Part shown: one piece after another, positions 50,701-55,121 of the stretch
Position numbering within the stretch: the stretch's first letter is position 1
How the letters are laid out: every line of letters starts with the position of its first letter
Assembly (NCBI GenBank): GCA_016212525.1
Contig: JACRGD010000007.1
Span: 284,778-348,777, forward strand
Origin: Candidatus Micrarchaeota archaeon
GTDB taxonomy: Archaea > Micrarchaeota > Micrarchaeia > Anstonellales > Bilamarchaeaceae
Length of the DNA: 64,000 nt
Direction: 5' to 3'
The notes under the pieces: model-generated
Databases searched by the model: none
Told to the model about the DNA's origin: nothing
What the model saw: only the letters and a program-made list of their open reading frames with translations
Program-made: the position numbers and the translations under genes

Positions 50701-52206
50701 AAGCCGATATCGGGATTCGCTAAGTGCAGTGACAGTTGAAAGGCGGGACATATTGAGATTTTGCTCAGAGGCAGCAGCCAAAATGACAGATCGGGATTGT
50801 TGATCGCCATGAAGATAAGCACGGGAAGCACCAAAGAGAGAACTGATTTGTTCAAATGGTGAGCCCGCGCCGATGTGAGCAAATAAATTAGCAATTATGC
50901 GGTTGTATCCACTAAGAGATTCTGCTCCAAAGTTACGTGGAATTCCAGAGCGGTCAGACGCAACTTCATGGGCAATTTCAACAAAACCAAAAATACGCTG
51001 GATGTTTTGAGAAGTAGGATCGAGTCGCAAGAGAGCAGCTCTGGTCTGCCTGAATTGTTCAGATAGTACTGCATCAGAGGGAACCTGAACTGCGGCTAAA
51101 AGAGTTTGAGTAAGAGAATGGATATCTGGATTTGGACCAAGAAGGGCAGCGATAAAGTTACGATCGGCAGGAAGATGGCCAAGTGAAATTGCTCTCGCAC
51201 TAAGAGAAATAAACTGGGCCAGCTCAGATTGCCCTGCAAGGGAAAATTCGATCGATCGTGTGCAAAGAGAAATGACATCGCGTCTTGGTGATTGGGATAA
51301 AATCTCAGTTGCACTTTCAAGTGCACCTCCAATTGAACTGAGGGTTTCAAGACCTGCACGATTTGGTAATCGACCCGAAGAAAGCGAATTTTGAATAGCC
51401 TCGAGCCGTTCTCGGGCGGCCTCCAATTGCCTTGAGAGAGCAGGATCCAGATTCCGCTCCATCAGATCGTCGCAATGACCTATGAGTCGCTCGACCCGCT
51501 CTGCGGTATTGGACCTTGCAAGAGTCAGATATTCTAAAAGAGAAGAATTTGAAGCGCGAAGGTTAGTAAGTAAAAATTCATTTGTTACTGAGGTATTTGA
51601 AAAATGTCTAAACACGGAACCATATTCAGGAAGCGCAGCCTGATCCAAAGATAAGACATCATGATTAGTCAGAAGAAGACCCACATAAGAGAGAGTAGAG
51701 GTTAGAAGCTCGGCATTTGGAGTCGAAGGATTTAGTGATCGAACAAAAGCAGCTCGAACCCCGGCAATCTCAGCTTGATCAAATCCAGCTTCGCGCATAT
51801 GCTGGACTGTTTCGACCAGAGATCCAAAATTTTCGACGCCAGCCCTAAGGGCATCACGCGCGGCAGGAGTAGGCGAACGCGCATAAGTTTGTGCAAGACC
51901 AGTAAGCGCACTAATTTCAGGGTTAAACTCCCTCTCAGCAGTGGCATCGAGCATACTTCGGACAAGACGCTCGACATAAGATGGAGTCGGAGGCAAAGTA
52001 CCTGCAAGTTGCCGTCCAAGATCCCGCACTGATTCGCGGGCAGCGTCTGCACGGGCAGCCGCATCGGAGAGGGGTGAGGATGCAGTTGGCTGACGGGTTG
52101 TGGGAGCACCTACAAGGGGAGCCAATGATTCACGCAGATGATCGGTAGCCTGGGCAGCTTGTTGATCAGCCAATTGTTCAGGAGTACGAAAATTTGGTCC
52201 AACCAT
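38725..52206 (-). CDS. Giant protein (4,493 aa) of unknown family: a lysine-depleted, Ala/Arg/Ser/Leu-rich multidomain protein
   Basis: A single uninterrupted 13,482-nt ORF with TAAATG coupling at both ends. Codon and amino-acid usage differ visibly from the flanks. There is no N-terminal signal peptide. Its sub-features are listed separately. Confidence 0.85.
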   Translation of the reverse strand: MVGPNFRTPEQLADQQAAQATDHLRESLAPLVGAPTTRQPTASSPLSDAAARADAARESVRDLGRQLAGTLPPTPSYVERLVRSMLDATAEREFNPEISALTGLAQTYARSPTPAARDALRAGVENFGSLVETVQHMREAGFDQAEIAGVRAAFVRSLNPSTPNAELLTSTLSYVGLLLTNHDVLSLDQAALPEYGSVFRHFSNTSVTNEFLLTNLRASNSSLLEYLTLARSNTAERVERLIGHCDDLMERNLDPALSRQLEAARERLEAIQNSLSSGRLPNRAGLETLSSIGGALESATEILSQSPRRDVISLCTRSIEFSLAGQSELAQFISLSARAISLGHLPADRNFIAALLGPNPDIHSLTQTLLAAVQVPSDAVLSEQFRQTRAALLRLDPTSQNIQRIFGFVEIAHEVASDRSGIPRNFGAESLSGYNRIIANLFAHIGAGSPFEQISSLFGASRAYLHGDQQSRSVILAAASEQNLNMSRLSTVTALSESRYRLEVLCRNRRACGELYPAYQRLLGRLNDALSILNRGETIADSELQRLRLATALLFGSSAQIRHIAISGPDQSAPVIASYSSQLENARESLSHAPPANRADAARYYAAALDSIFTSDLPHAVSALLFAQAYSTNSPDRLEIGRNINNPNTYSNVTESLNAAQIYLSRGAPLAAITDPAARAMFGRFTRLSLLEVQNGQGANIGVLGAMADSVTLAAASHDPTIAAQYEHGFTTSSGIQIPPLAELERRMRSGESFGAIILSLNPSLSYEGQRSSSMVRNENGEPHVYSEALSAQIQLCEILEADLSALEMRLEHARAELRTQSMALGATSRAYARESARLRRFSSGASNPSHMLLYSREAALIDPVRASERMTHAQGALDLAGARFAEAALYQRAAITLSGPEYAAAIETARRETGHDDQAFAIEILRRHARDLTAQANMLHQASLGLSNATFMLHRDVVTSAGSVPSTAGRFALVRAADNFEQTISEVGSRTEPMSSGFVQLNQDRLRDAGHDFSSGYAQVTRIIAIRNMAARLVRTATSADGSVTELVASVTDSSGRVMHDREVVLHGDGGYHLAPTTTAIVDGQALHNDLERARVEARSGHLAAAQRLIMRVAGRVRERSIRVGLFGAHDVLLAQASPEEREAGSMAEFDTAFLLGQAGRALRQIEAGHVQAGNLLFDDLSTNIIPTYQGRQTLYNMETANQRTADALRAAARQYAGVYYDVDAHGHRTLSPNGAQVRRDANLDQVAATATADANAAEQRAHALAAARENLNSASDMVPIEITRSIVTELGDAGPTRGLGGVDRQYAVHMHALADALQTGGDTAVMDYLLHHPDLLRRGTGLLRARGDLSETAERFLLVQADHVDGLRRLSVTETARDVALHMASEESTVLAAADRLYAAGRLDPQGATVMRDRAHQFGLLGGSAIADPTHVAASIEDGTLPSQFRQLRADQLNQRYSLLGLPARLTLTDVHTAAVFADLGFAAIPNTDPTARVHYRPVSYTVDQRRHIDRILSISEQVDDDFTNTVATLTPGFSATNLTFRGSVSARQAQSSFDSLTRSFGFLGTAFATITQSPGGVLSPGQLMTIETNVDNARTQRYDSAEFVERGVRRERVYSNVAMAGRILGAGFASATGFGVLVAPFFLGESTFGYFDQARAVGGAENLTTLQRVLGLGGIALAGIGVVSHGLGGLATELGGELAPSGTALVGEATLLNLQRVNTGLAYFMGLGGVAIGVGSVYETWHSDPGAGLFEYGLIFFNAAQPGLMRGFQLVGEANSSLVFGTSFRARAYRFAMAGFFGVNRYQAAQMYNARLSERVRTLSQSLDAQTRENFNRAMALSGVPDSLELRHDVLRMISGEGSALARDPVALSHAIAAYEAHADAILGALPASSQAALRSVEATLGRYLSAGERLFLAHHISESETLPNTQALIGTLEGYSSVTPELTDFVSAARENFARTRERLFSGSNSSDPVFANMPPAERENLRSAVALATSLHEQRGSSTAVVTREQAQRAAGLAGLPADVGTLALLLLSNPEFVSGLNGTSPTTARVAPQTRVLGTARQVPVAIRPLEAPVTTSPTLTPAMAVVALAIHEVYAPVMRANSRTSELAAVAYANDFTTIPISDTQTAQVVRAAALASSSGPVTEQVAFRNLRVMDPAANSNPLGTLNTARVVAELSNRPEFQRATDPVRLRLTHEALVRAGVLPAPVAATPAPLRPVAPGVTSTTSVPRADPLARLRRAEQRRRHEFTVPSEIRSVEDLAALARAAVRREGSVDPLLATLSSSGQEAVRLLTSNEAFRAAARGTPAQFQAYMRGFGIGTASEPGLVSTAYARFSEQPAPRMPQMPRPETEYAERAVNMAHALLDPHAAEGLATLSDQYLRAPNGSIKQGRDLIRSINSPQFEARAIELLGQETGRLVVDSLRSFSGNPVLARSLAVGLAERNPLQQQRFFHDWVTAFNESGRVRTNPTTTTESERRAQHYSPNAAESLRNGYVDRGIPAVAPQLTALGFDVPALTEALRTSGFAGLNTSLADTTTALNHTLDQAGATASVDQMRAQMSFAAEGHGPINPEMQRMLLRQYAEGGADAIATALIHEPGARRDALKNQLRDAFLSGGNLDALDALLTSHGATPEQFQQLRASFVSSGTAAMKHSVNNIARLNVPQRIEFEGICGFLASRGITYREPTSLTMAQALEGARAFADLVALGGLEHNIHTIPGFERASITGVSYRAGLSGAYAVTLEIPGENGAPSTTRRIFVKTEDLQAAALGEELARTQGILTARHYHGYTFENGRTYQSGNPEQVNYGIMQDIHDLVGTWQNVRMPDGTIREMYIDGLALMSDEIIDEPSVALNDPRSAPAVRAFYDEMRTEEGRSEFFRSLYDYHNAASEIALGDRRSANSGYAVGRLRDGTVVRTAAVAIDMDGVAMRIEPVMQNGQQVRDANGNPVHDVSVLHRDFGNASSEFLIGDVTTGLDNYNASHPEDPVAVTPVEVAHSAAVASRDVSSTPRPVTPEMAAARARVLADHDGGVYGLATATGGLGAVPSVANLTYQGNVAPRPIARNNYRFTMHADEMANLQNEMGTPQARAQHNQLEQGAADVALLHLGMQSDPNISGNDVHNMYEVAAALYRANTAGQWVGYGINDPNHPELGVSNQFGYMVLEGRHTTQEQMNHDLDAMVTAGTITAEQRASYGSGYREYVRARLDVEVSAGRVSRENADRFFTTADELRVHTGVDLFDASARPGPLAESARHQGPTTINPPGSEPEVIEVDELPTVPPNQRPSPQRPNRVETRVAPRIPVQEVAEPLAQLAAGVADGENRSAMPDATSTRTPQPPVMSRTAPVSQASSTTTTSTSTSSADFLLDLPESAVVVSGRARSPGAVLGSDLSPGAVQVTASDGAAYRFDGAVQVGDETYVRFTLKRGEEKSSIYVRCVDPASVSSEERASYYRAGISSALAALDQRASARAPQTSEPVASIAPPSPSVRVVAQSILANSTNVDLATVEALERDVVHNIVSNEQAWARVRSLLMPHLTDDNRTVGIFLWRLVDEVRSGNLTMREVERVHPDYAASVGRLRNVPESSLGRELCAQADQIVAQRGGPLVIAMRDLVRDAVAHGVAPDVAAAQYAPALEFFISHRSDPMFRDIVFGYPNESSSLSYTARLIQISADLVSRAQQIQQAASNPHADPDLAVGAALAMRYAQARGHVQPTLADCLESSMISALISRDIEHAVGFSGPNRSRIDSIVESARYIVEHVPLERINSVYSEYYEAIRYSYRVWSQYESFDATTITSGSADLYYVCARLAVTNPESLSSLLVGSALGSTDSRFDLFSLFPRPQNNLEPINGVLSFFASSLRSSPPESHAALGNMFRMALEDASRLPEGLRSIYLDLCARNYSHSEELLGRVSELDAQARDSGVLVVGANRDLHPRRIRRLPILGELMLRSPQIGSQTSNPFRVFDVKLIRQAMPNDRAYADFAQLLINYARERSEYTDASNQGLIVEGVPASATPFTLSPELATMRVGHHPRIMAEQVGYRFDGYVRHDAQEYATFSDPASSRRFMVRLLAPARYTQTSLDSYYSGLLGIAHSDAINRVFDSVSGELGRLRGSGRVVDDARADFINRRFRMINSIYEFSRSGAISPLRLNEFIASVSAHPDQFIEAGVRLFRTLVPSANLTEEWLSSNVDLFLQYVTYRNTLSALANGGAERIGSHTSTSAQFTQAIAVLDRALSAHANGTFRDFKFPPEFRAELDRVCSHSSVDSGALWNMWTNNHDFSVSVSDGSSTRQYRVSETGDFDRSFRYGLVAGNEACQVPTNTHPVVGGIVGSVAQPWIRQIIIPIEGSPNTLYRQTLNLLIGDDGRPIIMVQPAYGLRDIPSEQRQQLEAQILANLRSRYEPLGVEVRSYDLDSPSLVPDTSVEPVILSGESRTMANGTVLPANRPLNQGYSTFTLRAPFAYMDSNRRAMPDGGTNGFHPGTMGERLFFPHRHGGSTSGD
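39964..40107 (-). repeat. Internal protein module copy 2 (aa 4034-4081)
   Basis: YRFDGYVRHDAQEYATFSDPASSRRFMVRLLAPARYTQTSLDSYYSGL shares the YRFDG, Y.(T/R)F, VR, (P/A)A and SYY.G positions with copy 1. It starts 632 residues downstream of copy 1. Confidence 0.6.
41854..42003 (-). repeat. Internal protein module copy 1 (aa 3402-3451): YRFDG...VR...P...SYY.G
   Basis: YRFDGAVQVGDETYVRFTLKRGEEKSSIYVRCVDPASVSSEERASYYRAG aligns by eye with copy 2. Confidence 0.6.
42130..42490 (-). other. Pro/Ser/Thr-rich low-complexity linker in the giant protein
   Basis: The sequence is ARPGPLAESARHQGPTTINPPGSEPE...PPNQRPSPQRPNR...TRTPQPPVMSRTAPVSQASSTTTTSTSTSS. Confidence 0.6.
43400..44040 (-). other. PI3K/PI4K-like (atypical kinase) motif region of the giant protein (about aa 2723-2935)
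   Basis: RRIFVKTEDLQAAALGEEL (K2760) resembles IFKxGDDLRQDxL. ALGDRRSAN (D2895...N2900) resembles GDRHxxN. AIDMDG (D2922/D2924) resembles IDFG. The order and spacing match a kinase catalytic core. Confidence 0.4.
46800..47360 (-). other. Central Gly-rich hydrophobic cluster of the giant protein (about aa 1616-1802), putative membrane-insertion module
   Basis: Hydrophobic stretches include AMAGRILGAGFASATGFGVLVAPFFLG, VLGLGGIALAGIGVVSHGLGGLA, GLAYFMGLGGVAIGVGSVY, GLFEYGLIFFNAA and AYRFAMAGFFGV. GxxxG motifs recur. This is the only strongly hydrophobic region in the protein. Confidence 0.55.
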
Positions 52207-52524
52207 TTAGTTCACACTCTGATAGCAGAAAATTACAAACTCCTGCAAATTTTTAATGCGCTCATAAGAGGGAGCATTAGAACTACGAAGAATGAGAGTC
52301 TGACGGGTCCAGTGTTCAAGATCAGAAAGAAACCGCTTATGTTTTTGAAAAGAATTTGCATATTTTTCTTTTTCCTTTGAACCTTCCCAGATCGCAATAG
52401 CACCAGAAAGAGAAGTCAGAGTCAGATTTACTTTTTGAATTACAAGTTCCTCAACCTGATCGAGATTTTTCTCACTAACACCACCATCAACTCCCAGCAG
52501 GGAGGCCAAAGTCTGATCTGCCAC
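52207..52524 (-). CDS. Hypothetical protein (105 aa), first gene of the giant-ORF operon
   Basis: It has a GTG start with no Shine-Dalgarno motif and a TATA-like box at leaderless distance. Its stop TAA abuts the giant ORF ATG. No family was recognised. Confidence 0.5.
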   Translation of the reverse strand: MADQTLASLLGVDGGVSEKNLDQVEELVIQKVNLTLTSLSGAIAIWEGSKEKEKYANSFQKHKRFLSDLEHWTRQTLILRSSNAPSYERIKNLQEFVIFCYQSVN

Positions 52525-52546
52525 AAAATACTGAGTACATTGAGCG

Positions 52547-52553
52547 TTTTAAA
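52547..52553 (-). promoter_or_regulatory. TATA-like box (TTTAAAA) for the giant-ORF operon, leaderless geometry
   Basis: Exactly 22 nt separate the box from the GTG at 52524. No Shine-Dalgarno-like purine tract lies in between. Confidence 0.4.
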
Positions 52554-52671
52554 CTTAACTACAAGACCAGGCAAAGATACACTATAGTAATATACAACGA
52601 AAAAGTAGGAACTTTTTAGCAAATATAAATCTAAAAAGAGTGGGATTTTGGAGAAAAAAGTGAGTTTAATT

Positions 52672-52770
52672 CTAAATATCTTCACTTTCAACAATCTCAA
52701 AAGAATCACAGGACTGCGCCTGATCAGGTAAAAAATGAGCGTAAATGGAACAAAAGAAACCGGAAACCAT
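52672..52770 (-). pseudogene. Relic duplicated 3' end of the acylphosphatase gene (32-codon remnant ORF)
   Basis: It encodes ...SIYAHFLPDQAQSCDSFEIVESEDI*, compared with ...SIEYSFLPDQEQSCDSFEIVENEDTAE* at the intact acyP C-terminus (53325-53400). The upstream 70-odd codons of acyP are missing. Confidence 0.6.
52677..52743. repeat. Direct repeat copy A (acyP 3' end-like), flanking the hicBA cassette
   Basis: By eye, 52677-52739 aligns with 53336-53397 with 5 mismatches and a 1-nt indel. The shared core is TTCAACAATCTCAAAAGAATCACA. Confidence 0.8.
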
Positions 52771-52839
52771 TTGAGTGAAAATTACTGCAGCAGACTCACA
52801 ACAAATACATTAAAAAGTGAATAAGAGATTAATTATCTG

Positions 52840-53073
52840 GTGAACTTTGAGATGTACAAGTTATCGGCAACAGTAGAGAAAGATGGAAAATGGTACGTGG
52901 CCCATTGTATGGAACTACAGATAACTAGTCAGGGCAAAACAGTTGAAGAAGCACTGGCAAATCTAAAAGAAGCACTAGAACTATATGTAAAAAATGCTGA
53001 TTCGGATGAACTGGAACACCTAAAAACAGCCCATGATGAAGCTCCCTTAATTGCCACCATAACCGTGGGTTAA
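52840..53073 (+). CDS. hicB: HicB-family antitoxin (UPF0150-type, short form)
   Basis: Contains YKLSATVEKDGKWYVAHCMELQITSQGKTVEEALANLKEALELYV, the typical HicB N-domain. The start is either GTG 52840 or ATG 52852. It overlaps hicA by 1 nt. Confidence 0.75.
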   Translation: MNFEMYKLSATVEKDGKWYVAHCMELQITSQGKTVEEALANLKEALELYVKNADSDELEHLKTAHDEAPLIATITVG

Positions 53074-53306
53074 TGAAACTTCCAATCGTTTCTGGCATTG
53101 AAGTCATAAAAATTCTTGGTAAGCTGGGATTTAGACAGCTAGACCAGCATGGAAGTCACGTGATTCTAATTAAAGAAGCTCAAGGCCGGAAATTCAAACC
53201 AGTAGTGCCAGTACATAAGGAACTTGCCCCCGGCACACTCTTAAGCATAATTAAACAAGCCGGATTGACCCGAGATGAATTTATCAATATATATTACGGC
53301 AGATGA
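53073..53306 (+). CDS. hicA: HicA-family mRNA interferase toxin
   Basis: MKLPIVSGIEVIKILGKLGF...HGSHVIL...VPVHKELAPGTLLSIIKQAGLTRDEF matches the HicA/YcfA consensus. Confidence 0.8.
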   Translation: MKLPIVSGIEVIKILGKLGFRQLDQHGSHVILIKEAQGRKFKPVVPVHKELAPGTLLSIIKQAGLTRDEFINIYYGR

Positions 53307-53324
53307 ACTGAACAAATACCAGGA

Positions 53325-53627
53325 TTACTCAGCAGTATCCTCATTTTCAACAATCTCAAAAGAATCACATGACTGCTCCTGATCTGGTAAAAATGAGTAT
53401 TCGATAGATCGGACTTGTGCACCTTCTGGACCTTTAGTACACCAGGCAATCAAATCGCCCAGAGCATCAGAATCGCCCTCTGCATAAACTTCCACTGCTT
53501 TGCCATCAGGAGTGTTTCTTGCAAAACCAACCAACTGCAATTTATCTGCCTCACTCTTGACATTTGACCTAAATGAGACGCCCTGGACTTTTCCGATAAC
53601 GAAAATACGAACGCGAGAAATAATCAT
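53325..53627 (-). CDS. acyP: Acylphosphatase
   Basis: Contains VIGKVQGVSFRS (the GxVQGVxFR phosphate-binding loop) and FARNTPDGKAVEV. Its size is 100 aa. Confidence 0.85.
   Translation of the reverse strand: MIISRVRIFVIGKVQGVSFRSNVKSEADKLQLVGFARNTPDGKAVEVYAEGDSDALGDLIAWCTKGPEGAQVRSIEYSFLPDQEQSCDSFEIVENEDTAE
53336..53399. repeat. Direct repeat copy B (the genuine acyP 3' end)
   Basis: See copy A. This copy forms the last roughly 22 codons of the intact acylphosphatase gene. Confidence 0.8.
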
Positions 53628-53669
53628 AAGATGAAGATAATGAGAAAAAAATATAAGCAGACCGAATAC

Positions 53670-54596
53670 TTAATGCACTGCAAAGCTCAGATCCCCACTA
53701 CTCTCAATTATGTCTTCGCAGTATCTTAGGAGTTTGATGCATTTTTCAGACAATGAACGAAGGGCAATGATTTCGGATTTATCTTTTTTGGTCTTTAGAC
53801 CCTCTTCAAAGGACTTGAATTTGACAAGAAACAGCTCACGGGCCCTAAGATAGTCAGACCCCTCAGCTCTCGAGTTTATAAGAGAATCACACGAAAGAAC
53901 AAATATTTTCTGGGCTAGAGAGATCAGTTCCGAGAGTTCCCTGTTTTGTCCTATAAGCGAACGGTTGGTTGACAAATCTTCCAGATGATCACTTATCTTC
54001 TCGATGCTTTTTGCAGCCATTGCCTTAAACAAAACAATACGCATGTTTGTCCCGCTAATGCATATCTGGCGCAAAAGAAGCAAATATAGCCGATCGACAT
54101 CGTCCTCTTTTCGCGAGATCTCAACATGCACATCGGACCCGTCCTTAAAGGAGTTCGAGACCAGGGCGAACATGGAATTAGTAACTGCATAAGCACGCTT
54201 TATGACAGAGTCCAGATTGAGATCATCCGAAGTAAGAATTCTCAAAACAAGTTCTTTTTCGGATTCGTCAGTTATCTCAACACCAGATAAAACCCGCCTT
54301 GCTTCCTCAGCCAGGGTGCTTATATTTTTTCCGCTTAGAATGAGTCTTCCTGCTCCAGCGACATATGCAGAAACTATGTTTCGCATAGTAGACTCAGAAC
54401 TATCGGAGGCGACAATAGAAACCGATTTTAACTCTCGTGAATTCTCCCGAACGCTCAGAGTAATTGTTCCATCATCATTTTGGAGAGTGTGAACTGCTTG
54501 ACCCTTGCTAATTTGATTTCTCTCGATCCACTGATGGGGCAACGAAATGATGTAAGTATTTCTTCCAGTTATTTGTATTTTCCTCTGATCTTCCAT
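53670..54596 (-). CDS. Archaeal phosphate-uptake regulator (N-terminal AbrB/SpoVT domain plus PhoU-like repeats)
   Basis: The N-terminus is KIQITGRNTYIISLPHQWIERNQISKGQ (AbrB-like swapped hairpin). The following helical region of about 200 aa has the DHLEDL-type PhoU pattern. Confidence 0.7.
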   Translation of the reverse strand: MEDQRKIQITGRNTYIISLPHQWIERNQISKGQAVHTLQNDDGTITLSVRENSRELKSVSIVASDSSESTMRNIVSAYVAGAGRLILSGKNISTLAEEARRVLSGVEITDESEKELVLRILTSDDLNLDSVIKRAYAVTNSMFALVSNSFKDGSDVHVEISRKEDDVDRLYLLLLRQICISGTNMRIVLFKAMAAKSIEKISDHLEDLSTNRSLIGQNRELSELISLAQKIFVLSCDSLINSRAEGSDYLRARELFLVKFKSFEEGLKTKKDKSEIIALRSLSEKCIKLLRYCEDIIESSGDLSFAVH

Positions 54597-55080
54597 AAAT
54601 ACTCAACTCAATTGGTATATATCATACATACCACAATATATACAATTTACAAAAAGTTTATAAAGGGGCTCGCCTGCAAGATAATCATGAAGACATTGTG
54701 TGATCAGTACATGGCTCAAAGAAAAAAACCCAAACTGGGAATTGGTGCAGATGGAGATCCATCGATAAGAAAGGACATGGCCCTCTTAGAAAGACGATTT
54801 TCAATAAAGCCAGACCGAATCTAATAATAATTGAAGAAAATTGAAGATGAATAAAAACCAGACAAATTAAAATAGCGTAAAAAGAACTCTTTTTGAAAAT
54901 TAGAAATCACAAAATAAAGATCATTAATCGATGAACCTCAAGGCAAACGATTACTCATCCAGAAACATGGTTTGTTACTATTTTTTAGTACAAAATTCAT
55001 CAGAAGTTTCCGTCTTTTGGGAAAGAATAGATCAAATCATTCCAGATTTTCGGAAAGAAATAGAAAATAAGAGAAATTAA

Positions 55081-55120
55081 AAAATTAAGAAAATTAGCGA
55101 ACCGCATTGTTATGCGATTC
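55081..55120 (-). terminator. Hairpin plus U-rich tract downstream of the thermosome gene
   Basis: The minus-strand RNA AAUCGCAU-AACA-AUGCGGUU forms 8 bp including one G-U pair. It starts 2 nt after the stop and is followed by ...AAUUUUCUUAAUUUUUU. Confidence 0.4.
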
Positions 55121-55121
55121 T

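Noticed and set aside
38725-52206. Dozens of 60-180-aa ORFs from the six-frame track lie inside or antisense to the giant gene. Examples are 45039-45578 (-), 45317-45817 (+), 42891-43301 (-), 50481-50894 (-) and 48657-49031 (+).
   Set aside because: All are fully nested in the 13.5-kb ORF in other frames. Their sequences are low-complexity Leu/Arg/Pro/Gln-rich, as expected for shadow ORFs in stop-poor, higher-GC DNA. None has start-site signals of its own.
52440-52709. An 89-aa minus-strand ORF overlaps the start of the 105-aa gene and the acyP relic.
   Set aside because: It is in a different frame from both the supported 105-aa ORF and the acyP-like relic. Its sequence is Leu/Phe/Tyr-rich AT-driven sequence, and it would run through the predicted promoter.
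54480-54824. A 114-aa plus-strand ORF spans the 5' end of the PhoU-like gene and the AT-rich spacer.
   Set aside because: Its first half is antisense to a supported gene, and its sequence is low-complexity. Only the last 45 codons (MKTLCDQYMAQRKK...) lie in intergenic DNA, and they lack a Shine-Dalgarno motif. I did not call it.
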